IMG/VR virus record: IMGVR_UViG_3300004806_000026
Coordinates: 1-63,555 of that record
Strand: one strand, 5' to 3'
DNA length: 63,555 nucleotides
Source: a virus
Lineage: Duplodnaviria > Caudoviricetes
The notes below the pieces were generated by a model. The model was not told the origin of the DNA, ran no database searches, and was given only the letters and a program-made list of their open reading frames with translations. Positions 40,313-49,686 of the stretch are shown in pieces. The translations under genes were made by a program, and so were the position numbers. How positions within the stretch are numbered: position 1 is the stretch's first letter; every line of letters starts with the position of its first letter.

Positions 40313-41088
40313 TATGTATTCCCTACGTCTGCTGCATTTTTAATCAGATAACCTTCTTGCGAAACTGTCAAAGCCGCAGTACCGGTACTAACTTTTGCTT
40401 GCAACTGAATGTCTGTTTTTTCAGGAACAGCCCTAGGCATTACTCGCTGTGTATGATAGTTGTTTGTAAACGGAGCCACAATAGTAACGGTGGGCACACC
40501 TGCGCTACTTGTTTGGTAGTTCTGGTATGTTGCAAAACCTGCGGGATTAGCGTTTAAGCTGGTATTGATGTCAATACGGCTCAAGTAGAACGTGTATCCT
40601 GCGGGCACGGTGTAAATACCCATCAAAGTGCGACCGTTGCCTGCTGCAATCTCTGCGTACAGCGTTGTATCTGATGTGTCTTTTAGCGTAATGTTGCCAG
40701 TAGGGGCGCCACTAGCGACCGACATACTGTTGACACGGAAATAAGACTTTACTGTAGTTACAGCCGTTGTACCATTAAGCTTTATATTTTCAGAAATTTG
40801 ATTGTAGTTTGCGTCTAAGCCGCTGATAGTTATCAACGAAGTTGCATCTGCGCCCGTGTTAACAGAACTGACAAGGTGCATTTGAATAGCAGATGACGGG
40901 AAAGTATAGGAGCTATTGCCTTCCCATACAGGCACAAATGATGTACCTACTGATGTTTGATAACCATAAATGTTTAAAACACTATGCCCATAAACTTGCC
41001 CGCGAGCCACTTGCAAATCAAATGGTTCTGTTTTGTTTTGACGAGTTGTTGACGGAAGTATGCCGCCACTAGATAACGATGTTGCCAT
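40312..41088 (-). CDS. virion-associated beta-rich protein
   Basis: ORF in the head cluster with AAGGAG RBS. Confidence 0.6.
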   Translation of the reverse strand: MATSLSSGGILPSTTRQNKTEPFDLQVARGQVYGHSVLNIYGYQTSVGTSFVPVWEGNSSYTFPSSAIQMHLVSSVNTGADATSLITISGLDANYNQISENIKLNGTTAVTTVKSYFRVNSMSVASGAPTGNITLKDTSDTTLYAEIAAGNGRTLMGIYTVPAGYTFYLSRIDINTSLNANPAGFATYQNYQTSSAGVPTVTIVAPFTNNYHTQRVMPRAVPEKTDIQLQAKVSTGTAALTVSQEGYLIKNAADVGNT

Positions 41089-41113
41089 GAATAATCTCCT
41101 TAAAGGTTAAAGA

Positions 41114-41131
41114 TAGGGGCCGAAGCCCCTA
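41114..41131 (-). terminator. intrinsic terminator-like hairpin
   Basis: TAGGGGC-TTCG-GCCCCTA on -, followed by TCTTT. Confidence 0.65.
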
Positions 41132-41135
41132 GAGA

Positions 41136-41846
41136 TTAGTCAAAGTTACCGTATGGGTAAGTTGTGGCGTTACCAATGTTCATGTCGTTTTGGTTGTAAC
41201 GAATTGTTACTTCGACCTGACCAGAAGTAAGACCAGCCGCTGTAGTAGTCATCGCTAAAGTTACAACAATCTGACCAAACCATGCTGGGTCTTGACCAAC
41301 GTTGGGGTTTTGGAAGTCTTGCAATGTAGCATTGCTGTTTGTTAGTTGTGAGCCAACAAATGTACCTGTGTATCTCTGAGCAGCAGGGCTAGAGATATTG
41401 CTAAATGTAGCGTAAACACCAGTAGATGTTGCAAAGTTGTTTGAAACGTAAGGCTGAATTGCACTTACTGCAACGGGTGTACCTGCACTGTCTTTAGGGA
41501 CTGTACCAATATCAAGGATAACATCTGTGATATTGCAGCTATAAGGAACATAAAACACAACACCACGGTATACGAGGTTGGTTGCATCTGCTGTAGGAGC
41601 AGAAGCTTTAGTAGGTCCACTATTGCTAAATACACCAGACTGAGGAGTCCAGATCGTAGCAGCGCTATTGGGGATATTGTTAGAAGCAACAAATACACCT
41701 GAAGCGCCACCGTAGTTAGCACCGGGGGCCGTTACTGAAAAATCTAGAAGAGTCGTTTGAACGAGGTCTGTGTAACCTACATCTCTATTGGGGCCAAAAC
41801 GATTTTGCCCAGAAAGAATTGGGCCGGAAAATGTGGAACGTGCCAT
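41136..41846 (-). CDS. putative capsid decoration/minor head protein
   Basis: MARSTFSGPI N-terminus, beta-rich; downstream of MCP with its own terminator. Confidence 0.6.
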   Translation of the reverse strand: MARSTFSGPILSGQNRFGPNRDVGYTDLVQTTLLDFSVTAPGANYGGASGVFVASNNIPNSAATIWTPQSGVFSNSGPTKASAPTADATNLVYRGVVFYVPYSCNITDVILDIGTVPKDSAGTPVAVSAIQPYVSNNFATSTGVYATFSNISSPAAQRYTGTFVGSQLTNSNATLQDFQNPNVGQDPAWFGQIVVTLAMTTTAAGLTSGQVEVTIRYNQNDMNIGNATTYPYGNFD

Positions 41847-41855
41847 GACAATGAG

Positions 41856-41929
41856 TCCTTATGCAAAAGTTACCTTGTTAATCGTTGCATCGTCTGCTGG
41901 GCCAGTGGCAACAAGGTGGAATTCCCAGA
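41856..41929 (-). ncRNA. candidate cis-regulatory RNA with chained double pseudoknot
   Basis: Three interleaved pairings: CUGGG/CCCAG, ACCUUGUUG/UAACAAGGU, AUGCAA/UUGCAU, ending at SD AAGGA. Confidence 0.55.
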
Positions 41930-41944
41930 TAGCCAAATAATACA

Positions 41945-42535
41945 CTATTTTTGGACGGAGTCAACAAGTTTATTGGACTTTTTAAGATTTTCTGCGCGTG
42001 ACATTATTTGTAAATTCCAAGGTACATGTAAACCGCAAACCGTTTCCCCCCTCAATGGTACTATATGGTCTACGACATAAGGCGTTCCTGTAATGCGCGT
42101 AGCAGTCATAGCGTCTATGTACAGCTGTTTTATTTGTTGTTTTTGCTCAGAAGAAAGCCATGTGGGCGTAGCTTGTTTGTGTTTATCCCTACGATGTTTA
42201 GTGCTTGCTTTTACTTCGTCGGGGTGCTTTTCTTTCCATGCTTTTTTATATTGTTGCCGTTGTTCGTTAGGACGCGCCATAGCCTTTAATTTGACTATTT
42301 CTTTATTGCGCTCATAGTATTCTTTTTTAGCTTGTTGTCCTGCATCGGACTGGTTGTACTGCTTAAAATACTCTGCACGGGTTTCATTTCCTTTAGTCCA
42401 TTCAACCTTTAAACATTCCGTGCATGAGCCTTTAGTTTTGCGTAAAGCTATATGCCCATGTTTGCAGGGTTGCCCAGTGAAATAGTACTTACTGCCGGTT
42501 TTCTTTGCTTCTTCTCTTGTGGTTGGGTAGTCCAT
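41945..42535 (-). mobile_element. HNH endonuclease gene (probable homing endonuclease)
   Basis: YFTGQPCKHGH N-terminus; VDHIVPLRGETVCGLHVPWNLQIMSRAENLKKSN. Confidence 0.88.
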
Positions 42536-42563
42536 ATTAACTCCTGTGACTTTGATACAGGTA

Positions 42564-42574
42564 AGTATACCACA
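42564..42574 (-). promoter_or_regulatory. extended -10 promoter
   Basis: TGTGGTATACT on -, immediately after the MCP terminator. Confidence 0.5.
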
Positions 42575-42600
42575 AAATAAAGGGGCCTAAGCCCCTTTAT
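42574..42600 (-). terminator. terminator after the major capsid gene
   Basis: ATAAAGGGGC-TTAG-GCCCCTTTAT then TTT on -. Confidence 0.75.
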
Positions 42601-42617
42601 AAATTAATCATTTAAGA

Positions 42618-43520
42618 TTAATATGAGCCATAAATACCAAGTGGATCAGAATAGCCAAAGCTATAACGCTCACGGGATTTATAACGAACGTTTCCAGTGT
42701 CAAAGTCACCATCCATGGAGTTTTGCAGCGGTGTACGAACGAAGTGCTTGAGACCGTTAGGTACATCAGTTGTCAAGAACCAAGCGTTAGGTGCTGTCAA
42801 GAAGTGGTTAATTGTGTAACCTTCTGGGACAGAACCGTTGTTCTTGATTGCGTTGATGTCGTTGTTGTTTGTACCAACACGGAGTTCTGTCTCGAGTAAA
42901 CGAGTTGCAACGAACTGGAGTGCTGGAGGAACAATCAACTTCTTAGGTTTAGCAGCGATCAAAAGTCCGCGCTCGTCTGTCCAAGCAGCGATTTGAATAA
43001 CAGCATTTTCAAGGGCTGTTTCGTTCAAGTCAGCAGCAGTAGAAGGAGTGTTGGAATTTGTACCACCGTTAATTAGCGGGTGAGCTGAGTTCAATAAAGA
43101 AACGCCATCACCGCCGGTATAAGCGCCGTTAAATGCGTTGTTCAATATAGCAGCAGCTTTCACTTGCTTGGTATATGCCATAGCGCGAGCCAAGCCCTTT
43201 GTATAACGTGCAGACAAAGAGTCATACAAGTTATCCTCAATCGCCTCTTCTGTTAAGGAGAAGCCAAGAGCAATAGTCTCGTGGTTATAGCGAGCTGTCC
43301 ATGCTTCTTGCGCATTGTCATAAGCGATGGCATTGCCCTCGGCCTTAACAGGTGCTGCTGAGAATCCAGACAGTTTTGTTTCTTCTTCGAATGAACGCTC
43401 AGAGGTCTCTGTTTCATAGATCTCTTTGTGCTCTTCGCCGTATCTTGCATACTCTAATCCGAACAATGCGTTCAGTCCAGGGAGCAACTCTTTCAATAGT
43501 TGTGCGCGTGAAATAGCCAT
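42618..43520 (-). CDS. major capsid protein
   Basis: MAISRAQLLKELLPGLNALFG...DFDTGNVRYKSRERYSFG; strong codon bias; synteny. Confidence 0.9.
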   Translation of the reverse strand: MAISRAQLLKELLPGLNALFGLEYARYGEEHKEIYETETSERSFEEETKLSGFSAAPVKAEGNAIAYDNAQEAWTARYNHETIALGFSLTEEAIEDNLYDSLSARYTKGLARAMAYTKQVKAAAILNNAFNGAYTGGDGVSLLNSAHPLINGGTNSNTPSTAADLNETALENAVIQIAAWTDERGLLIAAKPKKLIVPPALQFVATRLLETELRVGTNNNDINAIKNNGSVPEGYTINHFLTAPNAWFLTTDVPNGLKHFVRTPLQNSMDGDFDTGNVRYKSRERYSFGYSDPLGIYGSY

Positions 43521-43533
43521 TTTATGTTACTCC

Positions 43534-44370
43534 TTAAACAGCGGTTGCAGTGTAGTACTCATGTATACCGAAGTTAAGCTTAACAAGCACTTCAGGATAA
43601 TTTGTAAACACAATAGTTGATGCGGAAGGAATAGCGGTTATGCTACCCGGTACTGCTGGAGCCACGTTCAAAGTTCCAGATGTTGCGCCAGAAGCAATCG
43701 CTGCTGTAACAAAAGAACCTGTCTCGATAAGCTGTCCGTTGGATGCAACATAAGCTACGTCAGCACCTTGCAACACGTTACCGTTAGGTCCGGTTGTCAT
43801 GGTAATAGTAGTAGAACTTGAAGATCCAGTTGCTGAATAACTGTAAGCTGTATCACGAACGATATCAACAACGCGCACAGGGAATGTGCTTGTAGTCAAA
43901 GTTGCAGAGTACAGTAATGCGTTAGCAGAGTCACCAGTATTGACGTTACCAGTATTGTTAATCATCTGGTAGTTTTGACCAATCATGGGGATGCTTGCTG
44001 ATGCAACAGTAGTTCCAGATGAGCAAACAACAGCTTTGAAAACTGTGTCAGGATCATCACAAACAACCGCTAATGCGTCACCAGCTAAAGTGCTTGCGGG
44101 CCAGTATTGGCTAAAACGCTTTTGCTTAGTAACTGGGTCTGTATAGTTACAGCCAAGGAAAATACCAACCATTCCGGATGCTCCGCCGCCAGTAGAAACT
44201 GATTGACGGTTTACAAAACCTTGGGTCAAGTTAACGAAATCGCCGTAGAAAATATTAGTAGCGTAGCCGTACTGGATAGGCAACTGACGTGTGCTTCCAG
44301 AAAAGACTTGTCCACCAATAAGATTTACAGGCTTTAGGCCATATGGGGCCGATACTGTAGGATATGCCAT
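43534..44370 (-). CDS. capsid cement/decoration protein
   Basis: APYGLKPV...IFYGD...GIFLGC.YTDP; directly upstream of MCP. Confidence 0.65.
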   Translation of the reverse strand: MAYPTVSAPYGLKPVNLIGGQVFSGSTRQLPIQYGYATNIFYGDFVNLTQGFVNRQSVSTGGGASGMVGIFLGCNYTDPVTKQKRFSQYWPASTLAGDALAVVCDDPDTVFKAVVCSSGTTVASASIPMIGQNYQMINNTGNVNTGDSANALLYSATLTTSTFPVRVVDIVRDTAYSYSATGSSSSTTITMTTGPNGNVLQGADVAYVASNGQLIETGSFVTAAIASGATSGTLNVAPAVPGSITAIPSASTIVFTNYPEVLVKLNFGIHEYYTATAV

Positions 44371-44386
44371 TTAAATCTCCAAAAGT

Positions 44387-44836
44387 TTAAGAACCTTTAC
44401 CAAAGCTTACTGCAGACTGACCTTCCTTAAAGATGGGCATCCTGCGATCACTTTGACGCATTAAATTATTGTCAACTGCTTCGGCATTCAATTTAGTTTG
44501 TTCTGCATAGTATGCAAACTGCTGCGTATCAAACTCAACTGGGCGCTTACATAGTAACAATCCGCCAATCTCAATTTCGTCTTTAAAACGGCTATTGGGA
44601 TCGACTAGCAGTCTAAATTTGGGTTGCTCTTCTAGCTTCACAGGCTCATAACCTTCACGGAATCTCGTACTGATATTTCGTGGGTCAGCTTGGTTGAGCA
44701 TTGATACCCTAATCCATTTGTAACCGTATCCAGGCTCTTTGTCTGGCTCTGGAAGAAGCTCCGGTGGCATCCACTGCTTGGGACGCTCAGTTAGAGCACG
44801 AGTTGTTAAATCACGGTTAAGTTTGTTTTCAGCCAT
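44387..44836 (-). CDS. conserved head-morphogenesis protein
   Basis: WMPPELLP..PGYGYKWIR...REGYEPV...IGGLLLC. Confidence 0.65.
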   Translation of the reverse strand: MAENKLNRDLTTRALTERPKQWMPPELLPEPDKEPGYGYKWIRVSMLNQADPRNISTRFREGYEPVKLEEQPKFRLLVDPNSRFKDEIEIGGLLLCKRPVEFDTQQFAYYAEQTKLNAEAVDNNLMRQSDRRMPIFKEGQSAVSFGKGS

Positions 44837-44837
44837 G

Positions 44838-45800
44838 TTAGGCCTCCAGTTTTAAAAGTTCACGGACATATTGCTCATTAGTTAAACTCAGCTTTTTGGC
44901 TATCGCTTGCTGCGATTTTGTCAGTCTAACTTTTTGTTTAGATGCGGTCGATCTATTAACGGGCGCTACGACCGTTGAGGGTTTCTTAGAAACGTCTTTT
45001 CTAGGAGGTTCCTCTACTTCTACTTCATCCGAATCCTCAAAGTTTTCGGGGAATCTTCTTCGCATTGTTGCGTCTAACTCTGCGTAATACTTTTCAGAAC
45101 CAACAACTACACCTGTGCGCTTGAGCTTTTCATGTAACCCAAGAGCTGAAGCAGTCATTTCCTCGTCTTGTCCGAACCAAGGATTTTCTGCTTGCCATTG
45201 TGCAACTCTGTCGTCTACAGGTGCACGTTGTGGTTGCTGTTGTTGCGTTTGTACCTCAAATCTATCCTCTTGTAAAGAAGGTAACTTGAAATTGTTTGCT
45301 TTTTCTAATTCAAGTGTTGCTTTTGTGAGTGCTTGTTGGGCTTCTAGAACTTTTTCAGATTCGCCAGAATCATAGGCTTCTCTGTAAGCTTTTTTAGCCA
45401 TTTCAAGCTGCATTTCAGACGAAGATTTAACCGCTTGAACGTACTCTTTTTCACCCGTTGTAAGCATGTGTCTAATACGCTTATTCTCCTCATGGAGTTT
45501 TTGGGCGGCTTCTATAGCGGCTTGGCGTTCCCTTTCGGCGGCATCTGCACGTCTGCGTTCGTCATTCCAAACCCGCTTCATGCGGATTAGTTTGTCTTTA
45601 GCTTCTTTGCTGTATTTGTCAAGATCGTCTACTTCTACTTCTAGTTGTTTGACTTTCTCGGGATCTGCTGGTTTTCTATTACGGTCTTCCTCTGGGACAT
45701 CGTCTTCAATTTCTATTTCTAACTCTGTCTCTAGGGGTTTACCCGTAGCTTCTTCTTGATCTGGATCAGGAAATGCGTTCGGTGCTTCAAATGTTGCCAT
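44838..45800 (-). CDS. putative scaffolding protein
   Basis: Acidic coiled coil, W..ENPWFG, C-terminal VRLTKSQQAIAKKL helix; between portal and MCP. Confidence 0.65.
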   Translation of the reverse strand: MATFEAPNAFPDPDQEEATGKPLETELEIEIEDDVPEEDRNRKPADPEKVKQLEVEVDDLDKYSKEAKDKLIRMKRVWNDERRRADAAERERQAAIEAAQKLHEENKRIRHMLTTGEKEYVQAVKSSSEMQLEMAKKAYREAYDSGESEKVLEAQQALTKATLELEKANNFKLPSLQEDRFEVQTQQQQPQRAPVDDRVAQWQAENPWFGQDEEMTASALGLHEKLKRTGVVVGSEKYYAELDATMRRRFPENFEDSDEVEVEEPPRKDVSKKPSTVVAPVNRSTASKQKVRLTKSQQAIAKKLSLTNEQYVRELLKLEA

Positions 45801-45811
45801 GTCCGGCTCCT

Positions 45812-46213
45812 TTATTTACGTCTAATACCACGAGGATCATCCACAATCCCTTCGACACTGTCGTCGTTGATCATGCGAAATTCCTTACCATGAATAATTA
45901 ATCTGCTACCAGAATTAGGTCTAACAAGGACAAAGTCGCCTTGTTTACACCATGGACCAGATGGGAATCTAGTCTTATCTTGATAACAATCAGGCCCCAA
46001 AGAAACTACGAAGAGAACTGTTGTAAGCAACTCCTCATAATGTATTGTGGTATCTGCTTTAATTATCCCGCTATCAAACTCTTCTTCAACGTCTGGAATT
46101 GCACAAAGAATGTGATATCCAGAGGGCTGTGGGAGTTGTTTGGCTTTTTCTTCGGCTGGTTTATTCAAGATTGCGCTTAAATCTACTGCCGCGTTTAGGT
46201 TAATATCATTCAC
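45812..46213 (-). CDS. groES: GroES-like co-chaperonin
   Basis: PSGYHIL...SGII...VVSLGP...GDFVL...G.EFRMINDDSV.GIV. Confidence 0.85.
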   Translation of the reverse strand: MNDINLNAAVDLSAILNKPAEEKAKQLPQPSGYHILCAIPDVEEEFDSGIIKADTTIHYEELLTTVLFVVSLGPDCYQDKTRFPSGPWCKQGDFVLVRPNSGSRLIIHGKEFRMINDDSVEGIVDDPRGIRRK

Positions 46214-46397
46214 TGTCCGAATGCTCCATTTTTTGTTTGAGGTCTATGATGATTGAACATGCGGCTTCAAGACCTCGTAACTGACCGCATATATACTTGT
46301 ACTCCTCAAAAGAAGTAGCGTTCCCCCTACCGAGAGCCTCAGAAAGCATAGTCATGCGGTCTTTGTACTCTGTTAGTAAGTATTCCAAGTCATTCAT
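46206..46397 (-). CDS. small conserved hypothetical protein
   Basis: FEEYKYICGQLRGL; between portal and groES. Confidence 0.7.
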   Translation of the reverse strand: MNDLEYLLTEYKDRMTMLSEALGRGNATSFEEYKYICGQLRGLEAACSIIIDLKQKMEHSDSE

Positions 46398-48874
46398 TTA
46401 GTTTCCTTATTTGATTTTTGTTTTGCCTGAATTGTCTGCAACCGTGTCTGGTGCTCGTGTTCTGCAAGGGTTTTAATCGCATCGTGCCTAATGTCCACGG
46501 CCTTATCTCTGCGATCTGATTTAATCTGCGCCGCTGACTTGAGAGCCTCTACGTCGATCTGCTTTCTCTGGGTAGCGTTCTGCATCATAGCTTTCTGCGC
46601 ATCTAACTTGAGCTGCTGAGCCTTGAGCATGTTGTCCGCCTGGTCTTTAGCTGCCTTGCGCTGCTGCTCCTGCATCTTGAGCTGCATCTCTTGCTGTTGT
46701 AGCTGGACCAACGGATCTTGTGCTTGTTGCTGAGCTTGTTGCTGCTGCACTTGACTCTGGTTCTGTGCCAGTAATTTTTGTGCGGCTTGGGCAAGTAGCG
46801 GAGCAAGTTTAGCCTCCATCTCTGGATCAATCGGCAAGTCCTCACCTGACGCGTCTGTCTGTGGGGGCAACGATACACCAAGGTGGTTCTCAATCTCGAC
46901 TCGGTACTGAAAGCCTAAGTGCTCATTAATATGAGCCATCATCGCGGCCTGCAACTGCTGAGCCATCGGATTATTCTGCAATAGAGACTGGATCTTGGGA
47001 TCCTGCATAGCTGACATGTGTACAGCAATATGTGCCTGATGATCCTGGTATGCAAACGCCTTGACCGGCTTCATCATCAACACGTTCTGGTTCTCCGTCA
47101 CAGGGTCCATTGGTTTTTGATCTTCCGGTAGTGGTATGAGCTTAGCCCCATTCTTAATACCCAAAACATCTAACATCTGCCTATATAAGAACGGCATATT
47201 AAATAACTGAGGCTGCTGCTGAGCAAGCTGCATAACTGCCTGATACTGGACAATCTTCTGCGCCATAGTAGACGCGTTCGGATCACTAACAGGTATTACA
47301 TCGACATTCTCATAATCAGACTGCTTAGCTTTTCTGCTTCCGGCATCAGGCTCATAGTCATACTCTGTCGGTGCGTTGTCAGCAATAATTTTCTTAAGTA
47401 ACTTTAACTCTTGCTTGAGTGAATAGTGAATCCGCGCCTGTACAGCAGACATCACTTTTAAAGTTCTTTCTAATATAGCTAGTGTCGTACCAACCGGTGC
47501 AGCTGCAGACATATCACTAACTTGCAAGTCGGCGGTATTTGCAAAGCGTCTACCTTCTTCAACGATCTGGTTAAGTAACGCCATGAGAACCTGGCTTGGC
47601 TCTTTATATGGCAGTGGCATGATGTTGTCTTTCATCGAACCACTCGGCACGTCCACATCTCTAAACTCACCTGGAGCTAGAGGTGTATCGTCACCCTTAA
47701 CACGAAGACCACGAGTTTTAAATCCTGCGGGTAGGTTAGCAAGTGAACCTGCATCTACTAATTGACGGATGATTGATGTGCCTGACTTCGCATACGCGCC
47801 GATCAAGTGGATTAAACCAAAACAATAAAAGCCAAATCCTGGGATGTACCCATAGTGCACGAAGTGTTGACGCTTCTTATATAACTCATCGCCTTCTACC
47901 CAGTTTCTACGGATAGACAGGATATTCTGTGTGCCCTTGTCAATAGCCACAACGTAAGGCAGTGCTAAACCGTCCTCGTGCTCGTAACCTTTTAAGTCCA
48001 AATTAACGTGCATCTCAAGGATCTTATAGCGGTCATCTGCGTCAGCTCTAAAGCCAAGCTTCTCGGCGATCTTCTTCTCAACCTCGTCAAGAACGTTAAC
48101 CGGACTGCCTAACTCCACATCTTTATAAAACCCACTGACCTGGAGTCTCTTTATCTCATTCTCAGTCTTACGCATCACATGGGTAATACGCTCAGAACTC
48201 TCTAAATCAGACGCGCCGTAAGGCACGACCATATCCTCGGCTGGGACATATAGAGCTACCTGTCTACCAAGACTTGGGTCATCATAAATCTTTTTAAATG
48301 CGTTACCGGCAAGTCCCAAACCCCAAAGCATACGCTCTGTCTCGGGTCTATATTCAGGCATTTTCTCAGTCAACTCGTAGTTCATATCGTCTTGAACTCG
48401 CTCAGCAGACTCTTTTTTCTCGGGTGTTTCTTTACCAATTACATGTGTCTTGACTGGCCCACTTGCTGGGAAAATAGACATCATGGTCTCAGACTGGAAC
48501 TTCACCAATGCTTCAGCAAGGAGTGGGTGATACACACCACAAGCGCCTTCCCAAGGTTCCGATCTTTCTTCTATTTTTAAACCTAAGAGTTCTAGTCCAT
48601 CTACATAAGTCTGTAGCCAATCTTTGCGACCATCTAAATCAGACTGAAAATCTTCTAAAAGTTCTTGAGCCAAAGACTGCAAGTCACCCTCGTCCATCTC
48701 GTTGGCAAGGTTATCCTCAAATTTCTTGTCTTCACCTTCTGGCGTACCAAACTCTTCGTACTCGTGGTCGCCTTCTTCGGTATCTAGTTCAATCTCGATT
48801 TCGATATCTGGACCTTCTGGCATGAGATCTTCGATACCTGATGGTGCTTGCGATAGTGATTTATCTATTGACAT
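46394..48874 (-). CDS. portal protein
   Basis: 826 aa; EPWEGACGVYHP, GNAFKK, PGFGFY, Q-rich C-terminal barrel; downstream of terminase. Confidence 0.88.
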   Translation of the reverse strand: MSIDKSLSQAPSGIEDLMPEGPDIEIEIELDTEEGDHEYEEFGTPEGEDKKFEDNLANEMDEGDLQSLAQELLEDFQSDLDGRKDWLQTYVDGLELLGLKIEERSEPWEGACGVYHPLLAEALVKFQSETMMSIFPASGPVKTHVIGKETPEKKESAERVQDDMNYELTEKMPEYRPETERMLWGLGLAGNAFKKIYDDPSLGRQVALYVPAEDMVVPYGASDLESSERITHVMRKTENEIKRLQVSGFYKDVELGSPVNVLDEVEKKIAEKLGFRADADDRYKILEMHVNLDLKGYEHEDGLALPYVVAIDKGTQNILSIRRNWVEGDELYKKRQHFVHYGYIPGFGFYCFGLIHLIGAYAKSGTSIIRQLVDAGSLANLPAGFKTRGLRVKGDDTPLAPGEFRDVDVPSGSMKDNIMPLPYKEPSQVLMALLNQIVEEGRRFANTADLQVSDMSAAAPVGTTLAILERTLKVMSAVQARIHYSLKQELKLLKKIIADNAPTEYDYEPDAGSRKAKQSDYENVDVIPVSDPNASTMAQKIVQYQAVMQLAQQQPQLFNMPFLYRQMLDVLGIKNGAKLIPLPEDQKPMDPVTENQNVLMMKPVKAFAYQDHQAHIAVHMSAMQDPKIQSLLQNNPMAQQLQAAMMAHINEHLGFQYRVEIENHLGVSLPPQTDASGEDLPIDPEMEAKLAPLLAQAAQKLLAQNQSQVQQQQAQQQAQDPLVQLQQQEMQLKMQEQQRKAAKDQADNMLKAQQLKLDAQKAMMQNATQRKQIDVEALKSAAQIKSDRRDKAVDIRHDAIKTLAEHEHQTRLQTIQAKQKSNKETK

Positions 48875-48882
48875 ATGTTTCC

Positions 48883-49686
48883 TTAAATTAATTTTTGGTT
48901 GCCCTGCAACGGTTTATCTATCATGCCACCCCTTTTATTTTGTACTACCGTATCCATAGGCGATGCTTGTGCAAGCTGAATATCTGGTTCTATATCTAGG
49001 TCTGGGCTTACTTGTGATATTGGTTTTGCTTGTGGCGCTGGTTTTGCTGGTGGTACATATCCTAGTTTATCTTGAATAAATTGTTTAAGTTCTTGATTTT
49101 TTGGGTGGTCTACTACATCCAATGCTTTGTTGACTCTTTGGTTATAGTTCCTTGCTGCTTCCCCTTTACCATTCCAAACTTCAAAATAAGGTTTATTTAA
49201 ACGAGTTGCAGTTTGTTGTTTATCTAAAATTGCCGCAGGAAAACCCGCTGCATATGGATCAAATCCTTGTTTGACCAACGCTTTATAAACATTCACTGCA
49301 TGTTTATTATTTTCATCAAAGTCATTAAAACCAAAATTAGAACGACCTTCTTCTAGCGCCATAGCCGTTATTTTATTAGGGTGCATCATAGGCACACCAA
49401 ATTGTTTGTGGGCTACTTTATAAGCATCCAATAGTTTGCCCATTGTTTCTTTGTCATACCCCGTATCTAACGTCTCTACACCATCTTTGGTTTTATGTGA
49501 TACACGACGCGCTGGTATGTAATTGTCTTTAGTTATTTCTTTAGTATCAGGTAAATAGTATTCAGGAGATTTAAGATTTAATCCCCTTTTAGCTGCATAT
49601 TTATAAGCCGCTGCATGTAGCTCAGGCGCAGTTCCAGGTGGGTAATATCCACCATGAATCGAATAGACTCTTTCATTTTCATCCAT
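48883..49686 (-). CDS. hypothetical protein between terL and portal
   Basis: Long ORF; AMALEEGRSNFG could be a lysozyme-like catalytic helix (weak); ends with KRGG motif. Confidence 0.6.
   Translation of the reverse strand: MDENERVYSIHGGYYPPGTAPELHAAAYKYAAKRGLNLKSPEYYLPDTKEITKDNYIPARRVSHKTKDGVETLDTGYDKETMGKLLDAYKVAHKQFGVPMMHPNKITAMALEEGRSNFGFNDFDENNKHAVNVYKALVKQGFDPYAAGFPAAILDKQQTATRLNKPYFEVWNGKGEAARNYNQRVNKALDVVDHPKNQELKQFIQDKLGYVPPAKPAPQAKPISQVSPDLDIEPDIQLAQASPMDTVVQNKRGGMIDKPLQGNQKLI

Noticed and set aside
41945-42535. HNH genes as group I intron ORFs
   Set aside because: Flanking genes are intact and uninterrupted; the HNH genes are free-standing.
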